This document shows positions 34,176 to 46,693 of a stretch of DNA of 64,000 nucleotides, piece by piece. The stretch lies in assembly GCA_010015585.1 (NCBI GenBank), contig ML975150.1; one strand, written 5' to 3'. The position numbers and the translations under genes were made by a program. The notes under the pieces are model-generated. The model made no database searches, was not told the DNA's origin, and worked only from the letters and a program-made list of their open reading frames with translations. Origin of the DNA: Eremomyces bilateralis CBS 781.70. Lineage: Eukaryota. The stretch's first letter is position 1. Every line of letters begins with the position of its first letter.

Positions 34176-34583
34176 ACATGGCGCAGATCTTTCGGATTAA
34201 ATGTCGGATGAAATCTAGGGTATTTTTGGGTTTTCTTTATGAAATATATAGGATCTTATTGTGAGATACACAAGTATTTACTTACTAAGGATACTATCAC
34301 TGCTGAGTGCTGACGGTCATGGCATTCTGATGAATGGCAATGTTGTTGTTCAGACCTCAGTCCTGTTTCGCACCATTACGTCACCAAGATGGCTCTGGCC
34401 ACTTCCATGGATGTAAAAGCATGTGAACTCTATCACGAGTACACGACCGTAACGACATAACCATTGCGCCACCAATTATCACGGAACCTTCAAATACCAG
34501 AATCCTCTTCCTTTACTATATTTATTGGAACCCTCATGGGCAATTAGACAACCAACACAATCTTTAATTCAAAAACCTCAGCC

Positions 34584-35606
34584 ATGACAACCAATCGACG
34601 AAAACCCCCCAAAAACGAGATGAACGGTCGTCCACCTTCCCTCCATCCCACCACCAAACCCCCCTCACCGCCTCCAATCCTCAAAACTCCCCTCCTCCCC
34701 ACCCCCAACGAGCTCCTCCTCCTCTCCATCTACCCCATCACTCTCCTCCTTGGCCACCTCTATAGCCTCCTCTCCCCCACCACCCGCCACCTCCCCTACG
34801 ACCCTGTCGCGCAATCCCACCCCGCCGCCCACGCCCCCTCCTACTTCGCCCGCAAAAACAACCTCCTCAACCTCCTCTTCGTCAAGCTCGGTTGGCTGTG
34901 GACCACCGTCGTGCTCGCGCTGTTCGTTGCCACGCACCCGCGGTTCGGCGTCGGGGGGCTGTTTACCGGCGGGGGCGTGTTGACGGCGCGCGAGGGGGAG
35001 GCGGCGCAGACGAGGGGGTTGCGGAGGGCGGGGCAAGTGGTGCTGAGGTGGGCGGGGAGTACGGGGGTGTGGTATCTGGTTACGCAGTGGTGTTTTGGGC
35101 CCGGATTGGTGGATCGGAGCTTTGCGTTGACGGGGGGGCGGTGTCAGGTGTTGAAGGATCCGGTGGCGATGGAGGAGATGGGGAAGGCGGGGGAGGTGTT
35201 TACGAGGGTGGCGTGCAAGGCGGCGGGGGGGCAGTGGAGGGGAGGACATGATATTTCGGGACACGTGTTTATGCTGGTTTTGGGGAGCGCGATGGTTGCG
35301 GCGGAGGTGGCGCCGGCAGTGGTGAGCTGGGTGAGGTTGGTTAGGGATCGGAATGGCGTAACGACTACGATGGGGTCGGACGGTCAAGAGACGGATGATA
35401 GTGCAGTAAGCGGCTTGGGAGTCAAGGCCGCAGCGGTGTATCTGGCTTTGAGCTGGTGGATGTTATTGATGACGGCGTTATACTTCCACACTTGGTTCGA
35501 GAAGTTGACCGGCCTCATCATTGGACTTGCTGGATTCTGGCTCATTTATTATCTCCCGAGAGGCATGGCGCCGGTTCGAGCCATCGTTGGAATGCCGGGA
35601 TTATGA
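34584..35606 (+). CDS. SCS3: FIT-family acyl-CoA diphosphatase / inositol phospholipid synthesis protein Scs3
   Basis: SYFARKNNLLNLLFVKLGWLWT, TQWCFGPGLVDR, GGHDISGHVFML and TALYFHTWFEK. Confidence 0.92.
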   Translation: MTTNRRKPPKNEMNGRPPSLHPTTKPPSPPPILKTPLLPTPNELLLLSIYPITLLLGHLYSLLSPTTRHLPYDPVAQSHPAAHAPSYFARKNNLLNLLFVKLGWLWTTVVLALFVATHPRFGVGGLFTGGGVLTAREGEAAQTRGLRRAGQVVLRWAGSTGVWYLVTQWCFGPGLVDRSFALTGGRCQVLKDPVAMEEMGKAGEVFTRVACKAAGGQWRGGHDISGHVFMLVLGSAMVAAEVAPAVVSWVRLVRDRNGVTTTMGSDGQETDDSAVSGLGVKAAAVYLALSWWMLLMTALYFHTWFEKLTGLIIGLAGFWLIYYLPRGMAPVRAIVGMPGL

Positions 35607-35752
35607 CGAGGCATTAGGTCTTGGAATTACGGGCGCTACGGATATCGCATCCCGTGAATATACAACAGACTAACTAGAGTCACCCTTTGGCCTCACGAAA
35701 CGCCCGTATTCAGAACTATTAGTAAAAATCTTTCCAACGCTTTCATAATCGC

Positions 35753-36592
35753 TCAGCACGCACATCCTTCCTTCGGCCCCGTCTCCCGTGGTCCCGCTAA
35801 ATTCACCCGTGCGCCATCGTCCCGTCCCAGATTCGTTTGCCCGCCGACACCTCTTGGCCCTTTCAAACTTGACTCGGGGATCGCATGCGCGATCGCGGTG
35901 AACACCTCGGCGACATATTGCCCCGTCTTCGCACTCGTCTCGTAAAACAACAGCCCCTCTTCCTCCGCATACGCCTTGGCCTCCCGCGTCGGCACCTTCC
36001 TCGCATCCGACTCATCCTGCTCCGCGTCCGCGTTGGCCTCGACGCCGTCCGCGTCGTCGCCTGGGGCGGGGAATGATCCGGGGCTGGCGAGATCGGCCTT
36101 GTTGCCGACCAGCGCGATCACGATGCCGGGGCTGGCTTGCCGCTGCAGCTCGGCGACCCAGTGCTGGGCTTTTGTGAGGGACTGGGGTTTTGTGATGTCG
36201 TAGACGACGAGGGCGGCTTGGGCGTTGCGGTAGTACATCGGGGCGAGCGAGGCGAAGCGTTCTTGGCCGGCGGTGTCCCAGATTTCGAACTTGATTGTTC
36301 GGTTGGGGAGGTTGCATTTCTGGGTGAGGAAGGCGGCTGGAGGACCTAGGGTCAGCTTAGATCTTGAAAGGGTTGTCGATGCGCTACGTACCACCTATCG
36401 TCGGCTCCTTATTTTCCTGGAAGTCGTTGTTTACGAACCGCATCACTAGTGACGACTAAGAAGAGACATGATTAGCCTACGACCGAGAGTGGTTGAACGA
36501 AGACATACTTTTCCTACGGCTGCTTCACCCAGCAGAACCAGTTTAACGCTACTACTAGGCCTTGGCGTAGGGGTTCCCGTGGACTCCGCCAT
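35753..36592 (-). CDS. VPS21: Rab5-family GTPase (Vps21/Ypt51-like); exons 36592-36509, 36455-36392, 36336-35753
   Basis: [53 protein letters not shown] and C-terminal CAC prenylation motif; two canonical introns. Confidence 0.93.
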
Positions 36593-37182
36593 TCTGATTT
36601 CTGATAGAGATGAATATTCTCGGAAGATGTACGGGGGAGTTCAGATGGTCGCCGAGAAGGCGGTCGGTTTCGCAAGGTGTCGGATGGTGTGTGAGTCTGT
36701 GGGGGATATCGATAGGATTTTCCCGTGAGGATACCGGTATTTATTGGATTCGAGTGTTCAGGGAGGTTGGTTTGTTCTAGAAGGGGGGGTGGTTAAGGAA
36801 TATGAGCAGTGAGCAAGAGCTGGAGTCCTGGAGATGCAGCGACGTCAACGGGGATATGTTGGAGCCTGAGGTTGAAATTTTGGGTTCACGTGATGTGGCT
36901 GGTGATGTGCGTTGATCGCCACATTTGTTGAACCCTTTCGTTCGTTCCTTCCTTCTGTATTCCGTAAAGTGAGTTCTGTTGGTTCCTCCGTTGTGGCGCA
37001 GCTCACCCTCTGCACTCCAGTCCGCTTCCATGACCCCCAAATCCAACATCGTCCAAGGAGGACTCCAAGCAACTGAATTCAACGTTTCGATCGCATCCTA
37101 TTCTGCGCGTGTATACGCGTCACATGAGTTTCTGAATCCCTTCCGTCTGAGTTTGTGGCCTTTTGTCGCCGGGAAATGGGCT

Positions 37183-39700
37183 ATGATGGCTGTGGACGCC
37201 CATCCCGATGCGCAGGCCACGGTGACAGACTTCCTGGACTACACGGAATTCTTCCCGTCAGATCTGATCCGGTCTCTCTCCCTCGTCAGCAAGCTGGATG
37301 AAGCCTACAAGGCCAGCGCTGCACGAGCGCATGATTTGTCCGCCCTCTATGGCTCGATCCCCGACCTTCCTGAATCTGAACGCCCCGACCCACATGATCT
37401 GAGAACACAGGTTGCGCACGCCGTTGACTATGCGCTTCACTGTCGCGAGTGCGCTCACGCAGAGGCCGCAAGGCTCTATGATATTGCGGAGCGGCACGGT
37501 GCGCGACTGACGGTCATCAAGAAGAAGCTCCAAGCCCTACCGCAACCACCCTCCCGAGACCCAACCCCCCCACTACACGCGTCACCTCAGCTCTCACGGA
37601 TCCGCAAGGCAGAGGCAGAGAAGACAACGCGCCTGAAATTGACGCTCGATGGAAGACGTGCGTCGACCTCAACGTCAAGGAAGCGCAAGAAGGACAGTGT
37701 TCCACCAGAAATCCTGCCTCCGGAGGAGATCCCTGAGAGTGACGTCGTTGAAGATGAATCATCATCAGTGCAGTCGGAAGGGGAAGAAGAAGAGCCTCAC
37801 ATGCCGATTGAGACGTCTCCGCAACCGCAGCCACGAGTACATCCCACGTCGGGGCGGATCATCAAAATTTCCAGCACGCCGAAGCTACCCAAAACACCGA
37901 GGGCCCCCAAAACGCCTGGCCAAGGTTCCAATATTCGCAGCGCGGTTGCAGGAATCTCCACCAGCAACGCTCTCGCGAAGCTTACTCCGCCACCGCCGGA
38001 AGCCCAACCAGGAAGTAAGTGGCTCCCGTGGCATAAACTCACAGAGTTCGAGATGGCGAAGTTGAGGAAGCAGATGAAGAAGAACGCAATCTGGACACCG
38101 AGTGAGACTATGATTCGACGCGAGCTGGACAAGTACGGTCGCGGTTGGGAGAATTATGTGAAGGCTAAAGCTCATGCAGAGGCGACGGGTGAGCCATTCT
38201 TGGACGAGGATCCAGTAGACCCCAACAAACCAATCCTGGCACCCGGCGAAGTCACGTTCAAAGCGATGGGCGACGACGAGTTGAAATTCGTCAACCGAGG
38301 CATGAAGCTCAACGATGCGAAGAAGCGTAAGAAGGAGCTGCTGGCTCGCGAAGCGCACAATTCCCAGGATCAAGTGGAGATGGAGGAAGCCAGCCGCAAG
38401 ATGCTGCAAGCGGGTAATCTAATCAAGAACCTCTTTGCTCGATATGGTCACGATTTCTCACCCAGCCGCCAAGAACCCCCTTCGTCGAAGAAAGACACGA
38501 AGAGACCGTCCAGAAAACGAAAACGATCGCCAAACGCTACGCCAACCGTCGACAGCTCATCGCTTCCTCAGGCACTACAAGACAGTCTTCAAGGCCAACC
38601 GAAGAAGATCAAGCTCACCAACCTTCCCTCCACATCAGCCACGCCATCCTTAACCTCCCCACCAATCGCCGGGCCATCGACGACCGTCACGAGGACCACT
38701 CAAGTACCACTTGCACCAGCTGGGCCTTCGGCATCTCCCCCGGCTTCATCTACTAGAGCATCGACGACCACAAAGTCCACCCACAGCATATCCCCTATGG
38801 AGAGCAAGAAATCCATGCTGCCTTTCGTCACAGCCGCAGCCAGTCGTCCACGCCGTGGATCCGTTGCGAGGACCTCACAAGGGGGTTCGGATATTGTGGC
38901 TTCTACAGAGACTACTACACCAGCAGGAAGCACCAAAGGAGCGGGTGCCGCGCCGGCAGGAAAAGTTCCAGCGATCGCTCCATCCACTCGGACAAGCGCA
39001 CGTCGTGCCGCCCATCCTCACGGCGTATTCTCCACGCCTTCCACCGCCGCGGCGAGGAAAGACAGCATGAAGGCTGCCAGCGCCGAGCCGCCGACCAAGT
39101 TCCCCAAAATCACCATCCGATCTGATCGGCGAGCCTCGAACGCCGGCCTCCCTCTCGGGCTCCGATCAAGCGGTCGTTTGACCGGTCGCCAGCGCGAAGC
39201 CCCCGAGCCAACCACCACGACACGGCGAGGACAAGGCAGGCGACCGGTGCCTGGGCTGGTTCTGGATGAGGAGGGCGCCACAGGCAAAGGAAAGATCAGT
39301 TTGGGTCGCCGGATCGCTGCGCCGACGAAGAAAGGGCAGGCGAAGAAACTGGCGGCGGGTGCGGCTGGGAAAGCGAGCAAGGCGGATGAGGTGGATTATG
39401 AGGCCGAGAATATCGATCCGGATGAGCCACGATATTGTATCTGCAACGACGTGAGCTGGGGGACGATGATTGCGTGCGAGAACGACGATGTAAGTTCATG
39501 TTTTATAATGCCGCAAGCGGGCAGGCTGACTTGACTTTTTGTAGTGCGAAAAGGAGTGGTTTCATCTACCATGTGTCGGCCTCGAGCAAATTCCTCCAAG
39601 GAGGATCAAATGGTACTGTCCGGACTGTCGCAAAAAGCTCAAGATCGATGAACGCGGAAATCCGACAACATCGAGTGCTGTGCGGGCGAAGAGCCGGTAA
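37183..39700 (+). CDS. ING-family-like chromatin protein with C-terminal PHD finger; exons 37183-39489, 39545-39700
   Basis: N-terminal DFLDYTEFFPSDLIRSLSLV (ING-N-like). PHD YCICNDVSWGTMIACENDD|CEKEWFHLPCV...WYCPDC is completed by intron 39490-39544. Confidence 0.9.
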
Positions 39701-40074
39701 GATACGATGAACACGCACACATCCTTCCCAGAGTGTCGATATGAGAGTCGCGGCCCCATCGAGTTGCTAGGCGTTAACCTGATCGTTTAGCAACTCATAC
39801 CTCCCCTCTATGGCACCTCCGACGATCTATGACACAATCAAGCGTCGCAGGCGCTCAGATTGACCGGTCGCCGGCCGGTGTTGAGGTGGTTTCTTTGGGG
39901 GCTGGTCAGAGTATTGTTTATGGTATACATACATTTGTTTCAGACAGTGGGAGGCATGGAGTTTATTGCGGGTATACCCAACTAGGTAGCATTGACACTG
40001 GGTTCTTTATAGATACATGCACACAATTCATAATGCACGTCGATATTTACAGTTCGTACTCCGTATGGTGTCTC

Positions 40075-42224
40075 CTACTCCAACCCTTGGCCCTTTTCGA
40101 GCAGATCGACACCTATCTCCCGCAGCTTGAACTTCTGAATCTTTCCCGACGCCGTCTTCGGATAGGTGTCCACCCAAAAGACAAATTTCGGGACTGCACA
40201 CCGTCAGTATTTCTTTCCAATGCAAGACACCAACCGAAAACTTACCCAAATGATGACTGAGCCTCTCCTTCACCCACTCCCGTACCTCGTCTGCGCTGAC
40301 CGCCGCCCCCTCATGCCTCACTACAAACGCCGCCACCACCTCCCCATACCGCTCATCCGGCAACCCTACTACCGCCACCTCCGCCACCGCCGCATGCGCA
40401 AACAGGCAATTCTCCACCTCCAGCGGATGAATGTTCTCCCCCCCCTTGATGATCAGATCCTTGATCCGCCCCGTGATCCGCACGTACCCCTCCGCGTCCA
40501 TCTCCCCTTCGTCCCCCGTGTGCATCCACCGCCGCCCCTCCTCGTCCACCACCAGCACTTCCGCCGTCCGCGCCGCGTCGCCCCAGTACCCTGTCATTAC
40601 GTTATATCCGCACACAGCGAGTTCTCCGCGCTCCCCGACGTCGAGCGCGCGAGTCCAATCGCGTGGATCGACGATCTTCGCTTCCACGTGCGGGAGCAGT
40701 CGGCCTACGGTGTCGATGCGCTTCGCGATCGGGTCGTCGGTCGTGGTCATGCAGCTGACGGGGCTGGTTTCCGTCATGCCGTAGCAGATGGTCAGCTCAG
40801 TGAGGTTGAGGACGCGGTGGAGCTTGCGCATCATCTCGGCGGGGATGGAGCTGCCGGCGGCGATGCCGGTGCGGAGGGAGGAAAAGCCGCCGGGGGGGAG
40901 GAGGGAGGGGTTGGCGGCAAGGAGCTCGAATTCGGCGACGAACATGGTGGGGACGCCGTAGAGGGCGGTGCAGTCGTAGGCGGAGAGGCATTGGAGGGTG
41001 GCGAGGGGGTGGAAGGTTTCGGCGGGGAAGACGATGGCGCTGCCGTGGGTGGCGGTGGCCATGTAGCCGAGGATGCAGCCGAAACAGCTGTGGAATGTCA
41101 GCTGCGATGCTTTTCAGGGGGGTTCTGGGACGTACTGAAATAGTGGTGGTGGGCAGCAGACGACGTCCTTTTCGGTCAAGAGCATGCGGTCTCCGATGCT
41201 ATTCCCGTTGTTGAGGATGCTCCGATGACTCAGACACGCAGCCTTTGGCATCGATGTCGTCCCGGACGTAAACTGGATGTTAACAATATCGTCAGGATGG
41301 AGCCCCTGATCAGGTAGAGCACGCCCTAACATCCCTTCTTCAACCACCTGCGGATAGGAAATCCCTGCTTTAAAGACCGAGGTATCGATCCGGCCGTCAG
41401 AGTTGTTCACTAATACTAGGCCTTTTAACGATGGGACGATCTCGGACTGTAGCCTGGTGCCTTCGAGATTCGGGATCAGTTCACGAAGCAGCGGAACGTT
41501 GGATCGTGGCTCTTTCCGGGGGAGATTGGTCTCTGCCCCTATGATCAGGTGGGACGCTTCCAGATGATTCAGTGCGGATATGACTTGGGGAGAATTGAAG
41601 CCCGGGTTTAACGGGACCTGTTGGAGGGGATGAGCCACTGGAGTAGATGTATCTGGAGCACTCCATGGAAGTGTCGCTCACCAGGATTGCGCCGAGTTTA
41701 AAGGCGGCATATGTTGCCTATATCGAATCAGTAATAGTTCCAAAAGCGGGCTGGAAAGAACTCCTACCGTGGCGAATTCGACATTATTCCCAAGACTCAC
41801 GGCGATTCGATCCCCCTTTTTCACGCCCTGTTTTATGAGACCAAGCGCCAGCGCGTTGCTGTCTCGGTCGAGTTGATCGTACGTGACTCTAGCTCTTTGA
41901 TGATGGGATATAACCCTTTAGTATACAATCCAGTTGCCGTTAGAATCATTATACTCGATCAATACAGATGTCCGCAACCACTCACGCCGGGCGATCTCCA
42001 TGCTGTCTAACCACCGAAGCGAATTGCTCGCCTACGGTTTGCTCGAGGAGCGGTGGCTACATGTAAATCAGCATTTGCTTCCCACTTATATATCTAAATT
42101 CTTTAGAAGTAAATACCTCTGACGGCCCCTTCGCCCACGCCTTCGTCAGCAATCCTCGACAGGTCTGCCGAGTAACCGGTCGAGGTCCACGCAACGCCCA
42201 GGACAGCCGCGACGCCTGCCACAT
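40075..42224 (-). CDS. AMP-binding acyl-CoA synthetase (ACSF2-like), probably mitochondrial; multi-exon
   Basis: QFTSGTTSMPK, YGMTETSP, MHTGD, GRIKDLIIKGGENI and PKTASGKIQK. Arg-rich N-terminus MWQASRLSWALRGPRPV. Canonical introns include 42116-42057 and 41985-41916. Confidence 0.92.
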
Positions 42225-42494
42225 GGTTTAAACAGCGCCGGTCGCATGGAGAGGACCGAGGCCGCGGAATATGAAGACGTTAAAACCCCAAAATGTCCTG
42301 ATTTCTCGCATCCAATGTCGTCTCTGGATGATCGGAGGTCGAGATTCTGTCGGCGGGGTTAGGGACCGAGGACACAGTGAATACGAGAAGCTATGCCCGC
42401 GGTTTAGACGCTGGCAGGCCCCACACTCGGCGTCACTCGACGACCCACGTGCCCCCCGCCACCTCAGTTGGCGTTCCCCGCGTTCTGGTGCTCC

Positions 42495-43235
42495 ATGTCG
42501 GGAGTTGAGATCAACTTTTACCCCATTGACACTTTGCATGTACCACAGTGGAGCGAAAGCGTCCCTTATACTGACGATTGGAAATTCATAAATGCATTAC
42601 TCCGGTTCGATGAACGAGCAAGCTCCCCAAAGCACTTGGGACGATGTACCTTGGTGCGACTGCCCGTTGTGCCGGAACTTGAGGGTCCAGTTCCAACTCC
42701 GCTGACCATGCGGCACCCATCCAGCCTGTGTCGAAATTATAACAAAGGAAAATATGGTTGGGGAAATTCCCACGGAGCACATGGAGGAGAATTCCTCGCA
42801 ACCTATTTCGACTCGTCCGCCTCAGGACTCTCATCCGGACTTTCCTCCTTCGAACCGCCTTACCTTTCCCCCGTCTTGGATTCATATGGCTCCTCCTCCT
42901 TCCCAGCAGCCTTCTCGATCGGTAATAGACTGCCTTCGTGGGGATTCTCCAAAATTTGCCTGAAGAACCACGTAAGCGACTTTACGACTGGCGTGACAAG
43001 TTAGTCGCTTGTTTTCCAGGTCGGGGTGTATGGCAATCAGCAGGGCGATGAGAACAACGAGGATGCGGCAGAGAACGTAGAGGAAGATGGCGATTCACAT
43101 GATTGCGGCGAAGGGGATTCAGATGTTCCGGGCTGTTTGCAGTTGGTCCAACGCATTGTTGATCTCTTTGGAGTATGGCATCCCCATGATGAGACACGGA
43201 AGGACAACGAAGAGGAATTGAAGAGATATTTCTAG
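42495..43235 (+). CDS. Possible lineage-specific hypothetical protein; exons 42495-42971, 43020-43235
   Basis: Two ORFs are joined in frame by a 48-nt GTAAGC...TTCCAG intron with a weak branch site. Acidic C-terminal exon. No recognisable domain. Confidence 0.4.
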
Positions 43236-43269
43236 AGTTTCAACGATTGTGTCTAGTCGCGATGTATCC

Positions 43270-43585
43270 CTTCGCCCATCATCAAAGTGTGCACTAAACT
43301 AGAATAGGTATGGCGCCCTCTTGCGGCGTGGATCCCATCATCCAACCCACTTTTCTACCAAATCGCGTCGCTTGTAACGCTACTGCGTCGACATCGTTGT
43401 CGACAAATTTACAGTGTGTATAGAATGCTGGAATAGCCGCTACAATGGGTTTAGATAGCGCAATTAAGAGCGTATTTAGCAATATCGACGCAGTTGCGTT
43501 CCTACCAACGCAATGGGTTAGATCCCTTCCGAAAGAGCGCGCCGTCCCTATTCTGGTTTAGTGCACACTTTGGTGACGGGCGAAG
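43270..43585. repeat. Imperfect inverted repeat with arms of about 65 bp; degenerate MITE-like or hairpin locus
   Basis: Left arm cttcgcccatcatcaaagtgtgcactaaactagaataggtatggcgccctcttgcggcgtggatc. Reverse complement of right arm cttcgcccgtcaccaaagtgtgcactaaaccagaatagggacggcgcgctctttcggaagggatc. A further inner match is aacgc(t/a)actgcgtcga. Confidence 0.8.
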
Positions 43586-45529
43586 AGAATAGCACCTCGT
43601 CGTCGATATTTCCAAACCCTGTGCTCCCGATCGTGTCGAACTGGCCCAATTCATCTGTCAATAGGAGCGACAGCCTGACATGTTGATGCCTAAATCACAC
43701 GCGATTTACGACAGAGTGATTCTGTGGCAGGCTAGGACAAAGACGTTCATCCGTCCATGAATGAGGCTTTGTTTAGGACGCGTGGACCTCGTCCCTCAAA
43801 GCCTCAAAGCCGACAATTGGGTTCGTTGAGACATTTCAAAGACAGGGAATGAGCTTATTACCCTCGAGCAAAAATTAGGCTATGATGTTTGATGGCATAA
43901 CCCCTCGGGCAGAAGAAGAGATCCTGTTTCCCGCAGAAGCAAGTTGTTGAAGTTGGACGGTTGGTCAGAGAGTAACCGACGATCCCATTCTCACTATAAG
44001 CTCCAGTCATGTGATACTATGGCTGTGCAGTACATGCGCCACAGGTAGCGTTAGAGCCCATTGATTGGTCAACAGAATCGCGCGCAGAGACTCCACAGCG
44101 CGCAGGAACGGACCGTGAACCAATCATAGCTCCGACCCACGTTCGGCTTGAATCAACTCCGAAACCCTTCATCAACGACATGAATCTCCTCTCCTTCATC
44201 TCTCATGCTATTCTCCTCACAATTCTCCGAAATTATGGGTAAAGTGTGCATGAACTCCTCTCTCCACCACCAGATCTCTCATGATCTCCCGATGGTTCTA
44301 CGGGATGTGGTGCTAGCGTTGCATCTCCCGAATGCCCTGTTCTAGCCCATCCTTTGCTCCGTACGGAGGTGTTCGTGCGGCAGTGGTCGAAGCAGATTCC
44401 AGAACGATATGACATTCTCACCACTTGTTCTTCATCTACATTGCTGCGTGTGTTGATCTCTTAGAATAACTAACATGCCTTGTCTTTGTGTCCCACGTTG
44501 TTGCATCCTTTGTCCGTCTCGTTCAAACCAAGACAAATAACACGCTCTTTACGGAGCGGCTAACTTCAGGACTTTGTAACACGGCATGGTGTTGGGACTC
44601 TTCCTTGAATTTGTAGCAGACGGCCAGGCCCTTCAACTCATTTTTGGGCGGTTATGTCTGACGCCTCGAATCTCGATCTCTCGTCGACCCACATCTTAGC
44701 AGAGCCGCTTCACAGTCAAGCTTTTTGCGGTTTCGCGCCTTCACTCTCCATGGCCGTCATTGGCTGTGACGGGTCCATATGTTCGCGTCTGTAGCACTGT
44801 CGCGTGGGTGAGTCGTCTGTTTCAAGATGGTCCGTCTATATGTTTCTTCCTCCCCGATATTCAAGAAGGTGATCGTTCTGCAACTGCTTCTCTTCCTCGA
44901 CACGTTGTTCTGCTTGGGAGTCGTACTTTGTTCTTTTTGTCTTCGCTGGTCGTCTGCCTTTCTTCGATTCTCCGAGCGCTGGTCGCAGGGTTATTCACTT
45001 CTATTGCCATGCTGCTTGAATACAATGATTGCCTTTGTTAGCCGATCGAGTCATGAAAGAACGGGTGACAATAGACAATAGCTATTCACGGCTATTCACT
45101 TCTTCCACTATTGTTCTCGAGGCCTCAATAGCAACCCGGCTCCTATCTTTCCCTTCTGTATAAGTGCTTTCGATCTCCACATCATCTTTCGAGGACATCT
45201 TCATACTCACAAGACTCATTTACTTCACACCGATTTCAACCCACATAATTTTGATCTGCGTCAACGACGGAGAACACTCATACACACCCACCTCTCAGAT
45301 TCATACACGGTCTGATTTCAATTCCACTAGATTCAACCAAGCTGGTTCTTGTACTTTCGGATACACCGACCCATTCCGAGAACCCAATCCTTCCTGTCAC
45401 TTCACCTCCTGCGACTCATTACCAGGAAGCTCAGACTTCCCTTCGAAAGACACTTTTTAAAAGTCTAACTTCTTCCGGCCACAACTTGAAACCTTTTCTT
45501 CAAGGAATCAACTGGACACAACACCAGCC

Positions 45530-46693
45530 ATGCACACTAAATCTACTCTAACTGCCCTTTTCGGCACAGTCAGTCTTGCCTCTGCCCACTCGTGGGTTGA
45601 GCAGGCTCAAGTTATCAACAATGGCGTCTATGTTGGCGACCTTGGCTTCGCTCGAAGCTGGGGTATGCCTATGGACGACCGCAAATATCAAATCCCAGGT
45701 GCAGGGGCAAACCGCCCTAATCTCGCACCAGAGGATCTGCTGTGTGGTCCAAACGAACGTGCTTCAGTACAGCAAGGGTCCAACAACCCCCGCCTCCAGG
45801 CATCCCCAGGAGACTTCGTCGCGCTCAAGTACCGCGAGAACGGACATACTACGACGAACTACGAGCCGCTCAAGGTTGGCACGCTTTTCCTGTACGCGAC
45901 CGAGAACCCCAAGGAAGACCAAAAGCTTATGGACGCTTTGGACTGGACAAAGGACGGCTCTCTCGACGAAGGCCGACTTCTCAACGAGCAACCGTTCGAC
46001 GACGGACGGTGCTACGAGCATAACCCTGGCAGCACCGCCAACGCCCAACGCGCCGGGAAATTCCCAAACGACAACCAAGGTGCCAGCTGGCTGTGGTGCG
46101 AGTCCGACATCCAAGTCCCCACCGAAACCGCCACCGGTCAGCCCCTGACGGTCTACTGGGTCTGGAATTTCACCGCGCCGAACGGCGCCGCCGAGTGGTA
46201 CACCTCGTGCCTGGATTTTGACATCGTCGACAAGCCCGAAGTGCAACGCACCGCCAACGCGACTCCGCAGCCCGCGCAGCCGCTCCAGGACACCAACACC
46301 AAGGCGCTCGCGAACTACATCGAACGCGCCGGCGGCACTGAAGCACCGGCGAACACCGCGGCTCCTTCTGCGTCCTCTACTCCTTCTACCCCCTCTACCT
46401 CTGCTGCGCCCCCACTGCAATCCTCCGCCCCCCCCGCCTCCTCCCCGCAGGCCCCATCCTCCAGCTCCAGCTTCCGCCACTCGAATTCGCCCGCGAGCTC
46501 TCGAGGCCCCACGGGTCCGATGCGCTACCCAGGCTACACTCTGATCGGTAGGCCGACCAGCTTTCAGACCTCGTACAGGCCGACAGGTGTCCCTAGCGCT
46601 TCCGGCACTGGCAGTGGTGATGTAGCGGGACCGTTGACCATCACGGTTACGGAGATGGAAACGGTATATTTACCCTCGCCGACGGGGACCTAG
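45530..46693 (+). CDS. Secreted protein with predicted N-terminal His after signal cleavage (LPMO-like motif pattern) and Ser/Pro/Thr-rich tail, 387 aa
   Basis: Signal peptide MHTKSTLTALFGTVSLASA|HSWVE; second His in YRENGH; YWVWNF...EWYTSCLDFDI; four Cys in the globular domain; intronless. Confidence 0.88.
   Translation: MHTKSTLTALFGTVSLASAHSWVEQAQVINNGVYVGDLGFARSWGMPMDDRKYQIPGAGANRPNLAPEDLLCGPNERASVQQGSNNPRLQASPGDFVALKYRENGHTTTNYEPLKVGTLFLYATENPKEDQKLMDALDWTKDGSLDEGRLLNEQPFDDGRCYEHNPGSTANAQRAGKFPNDNQGASWLWCESDIQVPTETATGQPLTVYWVWNFTAPNGAAEWYTSCLDFDIVDKPEVQRTANATPQPAQPLQDTNTKALANYIERAGGTEAPANTAAPSASSTPSTPSTSAAPPLQSSAPPASSPQAPSSSSSFRHSNSPASSRGPTGPMRYPGYTLIGRPTSFQTSYRPTGVPSASGTGSGDVAGPLTITVTEMETVYLPSPTGT

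Noticed and set aside
11900..34300. Starship or other giant transposon carrying the cluster
   Set aside because: No DUF3435 tyrosine recombinase, transposase or identifiable terminal repeats were seen in the window.
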